Assembly: GCA_946539445.1 (NCBI GenBank)
Contig: CAMNHK010000004.1
Coordinates: forward strand, 5,897 to 69,896
Length of the DNA: 64,000 nucleotides
Reading direction: 5' to 3'
DNA from: an uncultured Bacillales bacterium
Lineage (GTDB): Bacteria > Bacillota_I > Bacilli_A > RF39 > UBA660
The translations under genes were made by a program, and so were the position numbers. The notes beneath the pieces were generated by a model. That model worked only from the letters and a program-made list of their open reading frames with translations, was not told the origin of the DNA and searched no databases. Within the stretch, counting starts at the first letter, position 1. Each line of letters opens with the position of its first letter. Of the stretch, positions 10,041 to 19,504 are shown piece by piece.

Positions 10041-11981
10041 CTACAATACTTCGATTTTTTCTGTTCTTTTAACCTTACTTTTTAATTCTTTTTCTACGTA
10101 TACTCGATTTGCTGTATTTACTACTTCATCGTCATAATCGATTAATTGGATTAATCCACTTGAAATGGTATCTTTTTCTGGTTTCTTCTCACTACGAATA
10201 TACACTAGGTTTTTCTCCATAAGTTCTTTTTTAATGGTCTCTTTTACATTATCCGATATTTTTTCAATATCTTTTACATAGAATTCCACTAATGGAGTAT
10301 TTTCTGATTTTTTATCTAAGTGATACTTATCAAATTCTTTTTCCCATTTTGATATCCAGATTGTTTTGTTAAAAGCTTTGGCAACTTCTACTCCACGTTT
10401 TTTTAATATCATTTGATCTTCATAATGAGTCACTGCATTTTCTAATGTTTCATATAATGCATCAGCATTTGGTTCGATTAAATATCCATTATAACCATTA
10501 ATGATTAAGTCACTTAATCCTCCAATACGAGTGGATACTACTAAGTTTCCACTTGCCATTGCTTCTAGACAAGAAAGAGATGTTCCTTCGCTATAGATGG
10601 TTGGGATTAAACTAATATCCGCATCTTTGTAGACATCATGCATCTCGAAAGGAGATTTACTGTAACGGAATACTCTCTTTGGATATTTTTTGCATAATAC
10701 ATCAATATCATCGGTTTCTTTTTTGAATCCTTTTCCAACGAAATGGAATTCTACATTTTTATGATTTTTTACTAGTTTTTCAGCAGCTTCTAAGGCAATA
10801 TAGACTCCACGTGGTTTATATAATCTTCTTGGATAAACAATGACAATTTTATCTCTTGTTTCTAAGTAATCTTTACGAGGGGAAAATTCTTTTACGTCTA
10901 CATAATTTGGAATTACGGAGAATTTTTTATTTCCGATATTAAAGTCAATGGTTTGGAACCAATTGGCCGTATTGGTATCAACGGATACTAGAGTATCGCA
11001 TTTTTTAGCACTTTCAATAATGGATTCTTTGCTTTGCCAGAATGTCATAGCATCTAAGTTGCGATTGCTCTCTCCATCCCAACCGATTCCATGAGAAATT
11101 CCAATAGAAGGAGAGGCACAATTTGGAAAGCATTCAAAGAAGGCTGAATAGATATGTAATTGTGATTTTCCGTGAGTTAAATGAATATAATGCTTACTTT
11201 GACGATCATTATACCGATCATCAAACTCAAGTGGTAAATCATGAAGGGCCATACCTATTACATTAATTCCATTGTATTTTCGGAAAAATGGTACTTCTGA
11301 GTTTTGATAAATATCTAAGTTAATTCCTCTCTTTTTAAAGATTTCATATAAATCGATTAGATATCTTTCGGCCCCACCTGAATAATAATTTGATCCTTTA
11401 TAGTTAAAGAATGTATTACATTTTACGGTTACACAATCTTTTACATTGTAGTTTGCAAAAAACTTGAAGTTTTCTACTTTTTCAAAAATATCATTAATTT
11501 CTTCTTCTAAATTATCTACTTCTATTTTCTTAGCATAGTAATAGTCTTTTAAATTATAATTCTTTTTACTAATCAATAGAAAAGCACGATCATAGAATAA
11601 TTTCATTAATTCTTTTTTATTCACTTGATGTTTTTCTAGTTTTTCAGCCTTTTTATTTGTCATTTCAATGTAATTTACGTTTACATTTTTATTCTTAAAA
11701 GCTTCTTTGATTCTATCAAGATCTACGGTATTATCATATACTACATCAACACTGGCTTTTGGACTGGTATAAGAGATTAATTTTCCAATATTAGATCCCT
11801 TCTTGTAGTCGTATTGAGTAATTGATTCTTGCTCTTTTTCCTCTTCGGTTTGATGACGAGCATGGATTTTTTTCTTTACTCCTTTTATTCCTTCTTTTTT
11901 TAATGTTTTTAAAAACTTGATAAATGTAATTACTTTGATTTTCTTTAGAAAATTGTAAATTCTTATATCGTCACTATTCAT
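10041..11981 (-). CDS. GT4-family glycosyltransferase with an N-terminal extension of about 190 aa and unknown function
   Basis: GGAERYL, then EGTSLSCLEAMASGNLVVSTRIGG (the E-x7-E region) are typical of GT4. Confidence 0.75.
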   Translation of the reverse strand: MNSDDIRIYNFLKKIKVITFIKFLKTLKKEGIKGVKKKIHARHQTEEEKEQESITQYDYKKGSNIGKLISYTSPKASVDVVYDNTVDLDRIKEAFKNKNVNVNYIEMTNKKAEKLEKHQVNKKELMKLFYDRAFLLISKKNYNLKDYYYAKKIEVDNLEEEINDIFEKVENFKFFANYNVKDCVTVKCNTFFNYKGSNYYSGGAERYLIDLYEIFKKRGINLDIYQNSEVPFFRKYNGINVIGMALHDLPLEFDDRYNDRQSKHYIHLTHGKSQLHIYSAFFECFPNCASPSIGISHGIGWDGESNRNLDAMTFWQSKESIIESAKKCDTLVSVDTNTANWFQTIDFNIGNKKFSVIPNYVDVKEFSPRKDYLETRDKIVIVYPRRLYKPRGVYIALEAAEKLVKNHKNVEFHFVGKGFKKETDDIDVLCKKYPKRVFRYSKSPFEMHDVYKDADISLIPTIYSEGTSLSCLEAMASGNLVVSTRIGGLSDLIINGYNGYLIEPNADALYETLENAVTHYEDQMILKKRGVEVAKAFNKTIWISKWEKEFDKYHLDKKSENTPLVEFYVKDIEKISDNVKETIKKELMEKNLVYIRSEKKPEKDTISSGLIQLIDYDDEVVNTANRVYVEKELKSKVKRTEKIEVL

Positions 11982-11988
11982 ACTACTT

Positions 11989-12732
11989 TCACCTCAACTG
12001 CTCTTTATAATAGTCATCACATATTTTATTGGTTTTACCCATTTCCACTATTTTTCCGTGGTCTAGCCAAACAACCTTAGTACATAAATCACGAATCGAA
12101 TCGAGAGAGTGAGATACATAAAGTACGGTAGTTCCCCCTTTAATCAATTCCATCATTTTCTTTTTACTCTTTTCTTGAAATTTAATATCTCCTACGGATA
12201 GTATTTCATCTACAATTAATATTTCAGGATTTACAATGGTAGCGATGGAAAAGGCCAATTTAGCGACCATTCCGGAAGAGAAATTTTTTACTGGAACATC
12301 TAGGAAATCTCTTAATTCTGAAAACTCAACGATTTCATCAAATTTATCGATTAAGAATTTTTTGGAATATCCTAGAATGGCTCCGTTTAGAAAAATATTT
12401 TCTCGAGCGGTTAAGTTTCCATCGAAACCAGCTCCTAATTCAATCATTGGTGAAATTACTCCACGAACGGTTACTTTTCCTTTCGTTGGTTTCATAACCC
12501 CACTGACAACTTTTAGTAATGTTGACTTTCCAGCACCGTTGCTTCCTATTAAGCCAACTACTTCTCCTTGAGCTACATGAAAGCTAACATCTTTTAAGGC
12601 CCAGAATTCTTCTTTTTTCTTTCTCTTTTTTCTTTCTTTCGGACTTAGGAAATTTACAAAAGCTTGTTTTATAGAAAATTCTTTTTCGATTCCTAAATTA
12701 AATCTCATGGAAACATGTTCTATATCTATCAT
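11989..12732 (-). CDS. tagH: Polysaccharide/teichoic-acid exporter ATP-binding protein (short TagH type)
   Basis: Walker A GSNGAGKST, signature FSSGMVAKL, Walker B ILIVDE. It is adjacent to an ABC-2 permease. Confidence 0.8.
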   Translation of the reverse strand: MIDIEHVSMRFNLGIEKEFSIKQAFVNFLSPKERKKRKKKEEFWALKDVSFHVAQGEVVGLIGSNGAGKSTLLKVVSGVMKPTKGKVTVRGVISPMIELGAGFDGNLTARENIFLNGAILGYSKKFLIDKFDEIVEFSELRDFLDVPVKNFSSGMVAKLAFSIATIVNPEILIVDEILSVGDIKFQEKSKKKMMELIKGGTTVLYVSHSLDSIRDLCTKVVWLDHGKIVEMGKTNKICDDYYKEQLR

Positions 12733-12741
12733 AAAGTCCTC

Positions 12742-13551
12742 CTATACGTAATATATGAACTTATCTTGGTTCTTCTTGAAGACGTAAGCGCCGAATAATA
12801 ATGTGACGATTCCGATTCCTCCTAAAATGCCAAGAGTTCCTAAGGAAGGAGCTTGTTCATACACAACGATTGTTCTAGTTGTATTTAAGAATTGAAATAA
12901 TGGATTGAATTGCATTAAGAATTGCAATTTCTCTGGTAATATTTCAATACTATAAAATACTGGAGTTAAGTAATTCCACATGGTAATAATAATTCCATAA
13001 ATGTAGAATACATCTCTTAAGAATACCGATACACAGGATAAGAATAATCCTACGCCTACTGTAAACAAAAAGAAACAGAAGAAGATGTACGGAAGTATCA
13101 AATAGTACCAATTAAAATGACATACATATTCTCCTAAGCCTACATAAGATAAGGCAATTACTCCTAACCATGGGATTAAAGTTAATACAAAGTTTATTCC
13201 TACAAACATACATTTTGCGATTGGGAAAATATATTTTGGTATATAGACTTTATTAATTAGTAAGAAGTTCTCTACTACGGATGTCATAGCGGCGTGAGAA
13301 GCTTCACTAAAGTAATTAAACATAATAATACCAGTCATTAAATAAACTAAGTAATTAATCCCTTCTACTTTAAATTTAAACATTTGGGAAAAGACGATTG
13401 CCATGACGGTCATCATCAAGATTGGATATAAAAGACTCCAAACTACTCCCAATACACTTCTTTTATATTTTACTTTAAAATCACGTGATATTAATTGTGT
13501 CATTAAAAACCAATATCGTTTGAAATTATTGTAAATTCCTTTTACAAACAT
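12742..13551 (-). CDS. tagG: ABC-2 type polysaccharide/teichoic-acid export permease
   Basis: 269 aa with six hydrophobic segments. The N-terminal DFKVKYKRSVLGVVWSLL motif is typical of TagG/Wzm/KpsM permeases. Confidence 0.8.
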   Translation of the reverse strand: MFVKGIYNNFKRYWFLMTQLISRDFKVKYKRSVLGVVWSLLYPILMMTVMAIVFSQMFKFKVEGINYLVYLMTGIIMFNYFSEASHAAMTSVVENFLLINKVYIPKYIFPIAKCMFVGINFVLTLIPWLGVIALSYVGLGEYVCHFNWYYLILPYIFFCFFLFTVGVGLFLSCVSVFLRDVFYIYGIIITMWNYLTPVFYSIEILPEKLQFLMQFNPLFQFLNTTRTIVVYEQAPSLGTLGILGGIGIVTLLFGAYVFKKNQDKFIYYV

Positions 13552-13631
13552 TTTGATTCTCCTTTTTTTGTTCTCACCATTTGATATTATTTTATCAAAT
13601 TGAAAAAGAAAAGTCTACCTTATGTCATGGT

Positions 13632-13668
13632 AAAAAAAGAATATATAGTGTGATTCTATATATTCTTT
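13632..13668 (-). terminator. Intrinsic terminator after the SGNH gene
   Basis: An 11-bp stem AGAATATATAG/CTATATATTCT followed by a T-run on the minus strand. It overlaps the stop codon. Confidence 0.7.
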
Positions 13669-14662
13669 AAATATATTTTTTTAATTCTTTCGTAATAACC
13701 TTATATCCTTCTTGATTCATATGAACTCCTTCCATGGAGTATTTCATATTTAATTCTCCATCTTCTGCTAAAAGGGATTTATATAAGTCGATGTATTCAA
13801 TTTCTTCTTTTTGGCACATTTCTTGGATCATACGATTTAGGGAAATAATTCGACTATTTTCTCTTTTATGAAGAATATCGGTTGGTGTATTAACAGTATT
13901 ACGAATTGGTAAAATGGATTCTACATAAACCGTAGCATTTTTTCTATTATGATGAATCCTATTTACGATTTCTTTTATATTACTTACGATTTCACTATTG
14001 GTTAAGTCTGTTGATGAAATATCATTTGTTCCAATTAATAAAAATACTTTTGTAGGATTATAAACGTATACTCTTTCTTCCATATCTTTCAAAAGATCTT
14101 CTGTCGTATTTCCTGTTACTCCACTATTTACAACTGGTAAATCTCCATAATAATCTTCTAATTGATACATGGCAGTAATGGAATCTCCAAAGAAAACAAT
14201 ATTTTCTTTTTTGATAGAATCTTCTTGGATTTCTACCGGTTTCGTTGATTCTCCTTGGGAATAAGTATTCTTTATCGCCTTATAAGAAGTTGAAATCATT
14301 AAAAATCCTAGTATTCCCATTAAGAATATTCCTACGATTTGATAGTTTTGTTTCTTTCTTCGATTATTCTCTTTGATTATTTTTAAGATTGTTTCTAATT
14401 CATCTAATATTGTAAAAGTATACGTTCCTTTTTGATAATAAATTTCATTGGTTAAAGAATCTTTGGATTTATTATAAACAATGACATTGGAACTTACTTT
14501 ATGGTAATCTTTTACTTGATTTAAATTATTATCCGTAATAACGATTTGATTCTTTCGTAGATTCTTTTTAGAACGGACTTCTTCCCATTCAAAATTCATA
14601 TCACGGAGTAAATTGTTGATGTTTGATTTATCTTTTTGATTTTTTATATCTAAATATACCAT
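13667..14662 (-). CDS. Membrane-anchored SGNH/GDSL hydrolase
   Basis: Block I is FFGDSIT, followed by GTNDIS and a C-terminal GVHMNQEGY. One TM segment lies near residue 115. The start was moved to MVYLDIKN (ATG 14662), which has GAGGAG 6 nt upstream. Confidence 0.75.
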   Translation of the reverse strand: MVYLDIKNQKDKSNINNLLRDMNFEWEEVRSKKNLRKNQIVITDNNLNQVKDYHKVSSNVIVYNKSKDSLTNEIYYQKGTYTFTILDELETILKIIKENNRRKKQNYQIVGIFLMGILGFLMISTSYKAIKNTYSQGESTKPVEIQEDSIKKENIVFFGDSITAMYQLEDYYGDLPVVNSGVTGNTTEDLLKDMEERVYVYNPTKVFLLIGTNDISSTDLTNSEIVSNIKEIVNRIHHNRKNATVYVESILPIRNTVNTPTDILHKRENSRIISLNRMIQEMCQKEEIEYIDLYKSLLAEDGELNMKYSMEGVHMNQEGYKVITKELKKYI

Positions 14663-14725
14663 ATGAATCTCCTCATTTTTCATTATACCTTGTTTTCAAA
14701 AAAGAGAAAGTCATTTTTTCTTTTT

Positions 14726-16534
14726 TTATGTAAACTTTCTGTTTTTATACTCTTCTATTTTTTCCACATATAGTTGTGGAAAATCTTTTGTAGTCTCTTC
14801 TAGGGCATCTCTATAACGGTCTATTTCTTCGATTGTTAGGTCTTTTACTCTCTTATAAATGATCATTTTGAAACCATTTTTCATATCAAATTCTTTTTCT
14901 AGTTCATAGATATGATCTTCTATGCAAGACTCAAATACTTCTTCGTATTGTTTTTCAATCGAAACATATTCAAAAGGGTCTGTCGTTATAACATAATTTG
15001 CTTCTAGCAATTCAATTGGAAAAGCTTGCGTTCCAAGAATGGCCGATCCATATGGTAAAACGCTTTTTACTTTCGAATCTGGCGCTTTATAATTACGAAG
15101 TTTATCTGGATTGTAGCGATTATTATGAGGAATCATATAGAATTTTTCATTTGGTGCTTTTTCTTCTATCCATTCTACTACTTCTCCTAGAGATTGATAA
15201 TCTTCTTGATAAGGAATGTGTAGAGGAATATCACTCCAAAGAATGGAGTTTTTCTCTATCATACTACCCGTAAAATTTAATAATAGAATTCCAACATACA
15301 AAAAGTACAGCAATTCTTTCTTGGTGTTCTTTAAAAATAAAATCATCCAAAATAGATATAGGGACAATAAAATTAAGGTATGATGAAGTCCCATATTTTG
15401 AATTCTCGTAAATAAGAAAATCATTAGGAGATATTGTAAGAGAGAAAGAATGGTTTGTTTTCTTGTTTCTTTCTGATATAAGCCGTACCCTATTCCTAAT
15501 AAGAGGATTGCCAAAGTTAGTATTCCTAAATGATTTTTTTGATACATAAACTCAGAGGCAAAGCCCCCTACTTTATAAAAGGCATAGGATGATGATAGAT
15601 TAGCTCCTAAAACATTTTTTATTAATGGGAAAAGGGTTCCCACTATTAGAATGGCACAGATCGCAATATATATACTGGCATGTTTCAAAATCGTTATGGT
15701 TTCTTTCTTATTTTTGCTATTGCATAATACTCCTATTCCATAACACAAATAATAAGTTACTATCCAATAAAGGTACCACCTGCGAGATATGATTAAAAAG
15801 TAAGTGCTAACAAATAATAAGAATAAACGAGGAATGTCTACTTTTTTAAAATCATATGAAATGGTTAAAGCAATTATTAGCCATACAAAAGATAATCCCA
15901 TAAAATCTGGTTGTCCATAAATGGCTGTTGCATGAAAGATGGAACTTAACACTAGTGATAATAATCCAACGGCTAGTAGTTTGTCTTCTTCTTTTAGATT
16001 CCATTTTTTACACAATTCCCTTAAGGCAATGCAAAAAGAGAGGATTAGATAAGGAGTAAAAACTAAGACATAGCTTGCAATGAAGCTGTTTTCCGTGTGA
16101 TTGGTTATTTGAAAAAATACTTGTGGAATAAAGGATAGGAAATTTCCATAATCTCCTGACCAAGTGGAACCTATAAAATAGCGAATTCCTGATAATGGAC
16201 CTAATAGGAAATGCTCCATGCTTTCTAATTGGATATTGTAGTAACAAGAGTAATCCCAGTAATAGACAAAGTTTCTCGTTAATAGACTTAAACTATAAAA
16301 TAAATATATGGCTAATACGGCACAAATGATATAGATTTTTTGTTTGAGTGTAAATTCTATTTTTAATACTTTTTGGATTTCTTTTATTCCTTGAATAAGC
16401 ATTATATTTAAGAAAAGACTTAATAAAAAGAAAGTAGCATTATTTATTTTTAATAATGTTAATAAAAGTATCATTCCTATTATTACTCCATAGGAAATAA
16501 AAAATCCTTTATTTTGTTTTATGTACTTTTTCAT
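14726..16534 (-). CDS. Polytopic GT-C-like membrane glycosyltransferase candidate (YfhO/ArnT-like architecture)
   Basis: 602 aa: at least 12 hydrophobic segments followed by a soluble C-terminal domain of about 140 aa. Its start overlaps the 3' end of the upstream GtrB-like gene by 26 nt. Confidence 0.5.
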   Translation of the reverse strand: MKKYIKQNKGFFISYGVIIGMILLLTLLKINNATFFLLSLFLNIMLIQGIKEIQKVLKIEFTLKQKIYIICAVLAIYLFYSLSLLTRNFVYYWDYSCYYNIQLESMEHFLLGPLSGIRYFIGSTWSGDYGNFLSFIPQVFFQITNHTENSFIASYVLVFTPYLILSFCIALRELCKKWNLKEEDKLLAVGLLSLVLSSIFHATAIYGQPDFMGLSFVWLIIALTISYDFKKVDIPRLFLLFVSTYFLIISRRWYLYWIVTYYLCYGIGVLCNSKNKKETITILKHASIYIAICAILIVGTLFPLIKNVLGANLSSSYAFYKVGGFASEFMYQKNHLGILTLAILLLGIGYGLYQKETRKQTILSLLQYLLMIFLFTRIQNMGLHHTLILLSLYLFWMILFLKNTKKELLYFLYVGILLLNFTGSMIEKNSILWSDIPLHIPYQEDYQSLGEVVEWIEEKAPNEKFYMIPHNNRYNPDKLRNYKAPDSKVKSVLPYGSAILGTQAFPIELLEANYVITTDPFEYVSIEKQYEEVFESCIEDHIYELEKEFDMKNGFKMIIYKRVKDLTIEEIDRYRDALEETTKDFPQLYVEKIEEYKNRKFT

Positions 16535-17486
16535 ACGTTTCCTCTAAATCTTTTTCAATAATAAATCTTGGTCTGGCTTTCGTCTCACTATAGACTTTTC
16601 CTATGTATTCTCCTATGATTCCAATACTTGTTAATTGTAGTCCACCAATAAACCAAATGGAAATTGATAAAAACGTCCAACCACTTACGGTATTTCCGGT
16701 AAAATGACGAATTAAGGAATATATCATAATACCAATACTAATGAATAAAACAATGAATCCTAAGATACAAATAAATCTTAAGGGTTTTATGCTAAAGGAA
16801 GTAATTCCGTCCCAAGCAAAGTTAAGCATTTTCTTAAGTGGGTACTTTGATTCTCCCGCAAAACGCTCTTTTCTTTCATAATAGACAACTGTTGATGAAA
16901 AACCTATTAATGGGAACATTCCTCTTAAAAATAAGTTTACTTCTTTGTATCTTTCTAATTCTTCTAATACTCTTTTGGTTGCAAGACGGTAATCGGCATG
17001 ATTATAGATACAGTCTACTCCTAATACTTTCATAAATTTATAAAAGCCTTCGGCCGTTGTTCTTTTGAAAAAACTATCTTTCTTACGGGCACTTCTTACT
17101 CCATATACAACGTCATATCCTTCTTGATGTTTATCAAGCATCTCATCTATTGCATTTATATCATCTTGTAAATCTGCATCCATGGAGATAATTACATCGG
17201 CTCTTTCTTTGGCTGTCATGAGTCCTGCAAGAAGAGCATTTTGGTGTCCTCTATTTCTAGACAAACCTATTCCTGTAAATAAGGAATCTTGTTTGTGAAT
17301 TTTTTCAATTAACTCCCAAGTTTTATCCTTGGAACCATCATTTACATACATCACTTTACTATCTTTGGATATTTTTTTCTTTTGAATTAAAGAATTCATT
17401 TTTTCTTTTAATTGTTTGGTTGTTTCTTGTAATACCTCTTCTTCGTTATAGCATGGAATTACAATATATAGTACTCTGTCTTTCAT
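16509..17486 (-). CDS. GtrB/CsbB-like polyprenyl-phosphate glycosyltransferase (GT2 with two C-terminal TM helices)
   Basis: IVIPCYNEE, VNDGSKD and DADLQD motifs, plus C-terminal hydrophobic helices ending ...GEYIGKVY. Confidence 0.75.
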   Translation of the reverse strand: MKDRVLYIVIPCYNEEEVLQETTKQLKEKMNSLIQKKKISKDSKVMYVNDGSKDKTWELIEKIHKQDSLFTGIGLSRNRGHQNALLAGLMTAKERADVIISMDADLQDDINAIDEMLDKHQEGYDVVYGVRSARKKDSFFKRTTAEGFYKFMKVLGVDCIYNHADYRLATKRVLEELERYKEVNLFLRGMFPLIGFSSTVVYYERKERFAGESKYPLKKMLNFAWDGITSFSIKPLRFICILGFIVLFISIGIMIYSLIRHFTGNTVSGWTFLSISIWFIGGLQLTSIGIIGEYIGKVYSETKARPRFIIEKDLEETYEKVHKTK

Positions 17487-17495
17487 TTTATCCCC

Positions 17496-18464
17496 CTACT
17501 TTGTGTGAAATCTATGATATAGTTTGCAGTATAATTTGGAAAGAGTTTTACTTCTTTCAATGATCCAGCGAGCAAAACCTCTTTCTTGATAATACTTTTT
17601 CTTTTTATAGTCTGGTACTTCTTTTTCTAAATAACTAAAAGCTTCTTCAATAAAATCCATTCCAATTTGAATATCTTTTTGAACTCTTTGTTGAATGGTG
17701 TAATTCGTAATAATGCGAACGGTTAATTGATTTAAGTCATTTGTTAGTTCTGGATGATGTTTTAAGGATTTTCGTATTTTATCTACGATCTTTAATATGT
17801 CAAAACACTTTCTATCGCGTACGGTTGTTTCACTGTTACCACGAATAAAATAATAATTTAGGCAATTATTTACTTTGGCAATTTTTTTAGCTTTAAGGAA
17901 AGCTTCTACGACAAAAGGAGCATCCTCGTATTTTAAGTTTTCCACAAATTGAATTTTATTCTCTTTAATAAGAGTCGTTTTATAGATTTTATTCCATGGA
18001 GCTAGATGCATTTTATGTAGCAGTCTAGGAGTTTCTATTAAAGTGGTTGGTTGGAAATCCATTTGATGAATTTCTTCTAAAGTACCATTTTCATATAACT
18101 TGTAAAAATCACATATTACTAAATCGCTATCTTCTTGAAGGGCTTTTTTATATAGTACTTCGCAAGCATCTTTTTCTAAAAAATCGTCACTATCAACAAA
18201 CATTAAATACTTTCCAGTTGCTTTCGAAATACCAAAATTTCTAGTTTTTCCAATTCCTTGATTTTTATTTTTGAAATACTTAATTCGCTTATCTTTATAT
18301 TCTAATAGTATTTCTTCTGTATGATCGGTTGATCCATCATTTACTAGAATAAACTCTAATTCTTGCTTGGTTTGATGAATTAAGGAGTCTATGCATTTTT
18401 TTATGTAGTTTTCTGCATTATAGATTGGAACAATAATACTAATGTCTGGATTTACTTGTTTCAT
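17496..18464 (-). CDS. GT2-family glycosyltransferase
   Basis: ISIIVPIYNAENYI..VNDGSTD..VDSDD. Confidence 0.8.
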   Translation of the reverse strand: MKQVNPDISIIVPIYNAENYIKKCIDSLIHQTKQELEFILVNDGSTDHTEEILLEYKDKRIKYFKNKNQGIGKTRNFGISKATGKYLMFVDSDDFLEKDACEVLYKKALQEDSDLVICDFYKLYENGTLEEIHQMDFQPTTLIETPRLLHKMHLAPWNKIYKTTLIKENKIQFVENLKYEDAPFVVEAFLKAKKIAKVNNCLNYYFIRGNSETTVRDRKCFDILKIVDKIRKSLKHHPELTNDLNQLTVRIITNYTIQQRVQKDIQIGMDFIEEAFSYLEKEVPDYKKKKYYQERGFARWIIERSKTLSKLYCKLYHRFHTK

Positions 18465-19401
18465 TTGTCTCGTCTCCTTTTTCTATATAGATTGGTCTTT
18501 TCTTTACTTCTAAATATAATTTTGAAATATATAGACCTAAGATACCTAAAAAGAATAATTGTAATCCTCCAATAAAAACAACTAAGCAAGCAAGAGATGG
18601 CCAACCACTGACAGGATCTCCCCATATTAATGTTTTTATGATGATTACTAATATTAATAGGAAAGAAACAATACAGAAGAATAATCCAACATAGGCTGCA
18701 AATAATAGAGGAGTGGTTGAGAATGCGACAATTCCTTCTACTCCATATTGGATTAATTTTCCAATATTAAATTTGCTTTTTCCTGCTTGGCGATTTGGGG
18801 CATCATATGGTAACCATTTCGTCTCATAACCAATATAACCATAGATTCCTTTTAAATAACGATTGTATTCTTTCATACTTAAAATGGCATCTACCATTTT
18901 TCTCTTCATTAATCGAAAATCTCTCGCTCCCGGCATTTGTTTGGAAGAAGATAAACTTTCAATTATTTTATACCAACAATTGGTTAAGTATCTGCGAACA
19001 AAAGAATATCCTTTGTGTGATTTTGTATAGAGTGCTACACAATCCACATTCTCTTCTTTTATAATATGATACATTGCTTTTAATAGTTCTGGAGGATCTT
19101 GCATATCGGCATCTAGGATGGCTACGAAATCTCCTGTTGATTTTTCTAATCCAGCATACATGGCAGCTTCTTTTCCAAAGTTCCTAGAAAAAATAACGGT
19201 TTTTACTTTTTTATCTTTTTTGGAAAGATCTTTTACTATTTGAGAGGTATGATCACTCGATCCATCATCGACAAAAATGATTTCATAATCCACATTTTTT
19301 ATATCTTTCAATACTCGCTTTAATTCATCATATATTAAAGGAATGGATTCTTCTTCATTAAAGCATGGAATGATGGTGGAAATACTTTCTTTTACTGCCA
19401 T
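18439..19401 (-). CDS. Second GtrB/CsbB-like polyprenyl-phosphate glycosyltransferase
   Basis: IIPCFNEE, VDDGSSD and DADMQD motifs, plus two C-terminal TM helices (...GILGLYISKLY). Confidence 0.75.
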   Translation of the reverse strand: MAVKESISTIIPCFNEEESIPLIYDELKRVLKDIKNVDYEIIFVDDGSSDHTSQIVKDLSKKDKKVKTVIFSRNFGKEAAMYAGLEKSTGDFVAILDADMQDPPELLKAMYHIIKEENVDCVALYTKSHKGYSFVRRYLTNCWYKIIESLSSSKQMPGARDFRLMKRKMVDAILSMKEYNRYLKGIYGYIGYETKWLPYDAPNRQAGKSKFNIGKLIQYGVEGIVAFSTTPLLFAAYVGLFFCIVSFLLILVIIIKTLIWGDPVSGWPSLACLVVFIGGLQLFFLGILGLYISKLYLEVKKRPIYIEKGDETNETSKSRH

Positions 19402-19425
19402 ATGATAACCTCCCTTATGTTTTTT

Positions 19426-19454
19426 ATTATAATCGATTCTCCTCGTTCATGCAA
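19426..19454 (-). promoter_or_regulatory. Sigma-A type promoter: TTGCAT, 17-nt spacer, TATAAT
   Basis: On the minus strand the -35 box is at 19454..19449 and the -10 box at 19431..19426, about 25 nt upstream of the ATG at 19401. Confidence 0.7.
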
Positions 19455-19478
19455 CCTTGAGGCCCTTTTTTGAGGTAT

Positions 19479-19504
19479 AAAAAAGAATCTATTTCTAGAT
19501 TCTT
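19479..19504 (-). terminator. Intrinsic terminator after the GT2 gene 19503..20423
   Basis: AAGAATCTA-GAAA-TAGATTCTT followed by TTTTAT on the minus strand. It overlaps the stop codon. Confidence 0.7.

Noticed and set aside
12236-12571. Plus-strand ORFs of 60-123 aa lying antisense inside minus-strand genes. Examples are 1737-1955, 12236-12571, 33759-34130, 34140-34454, 37093-37329, 46671-47021 and 59274-59525.
   Set aside because: Each is fully embedded in a well-supported gene on the other strand and has no Shine-Dalgarno site. Their low-complexity, Leu/Phe/Ser-rich translations are typical of shadow frames in AT-rich DNA.
16008-16247. Same-strand overlapping small ORFs at 16008-16247, 21956-22168, 27798-28043, 39268-39468, 50022-50210, 51140-51376, 52222-52428, 52687-52911 and 52958-53140.
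   Set aside because: They are out of frame within longer genes that have recognisable domains, and they have no independent translation signals.
19455-19475. A direct repeat TTGAGG...TTGAGG between the terminator at 19479-19504 and the promoter at 19426-19454, considered as a possible operator.
   Set aside because: It is only 6 nt repeated twice, with no dyad symmetry and no nearby regulator gene. That is too little evidence to call a binding site.
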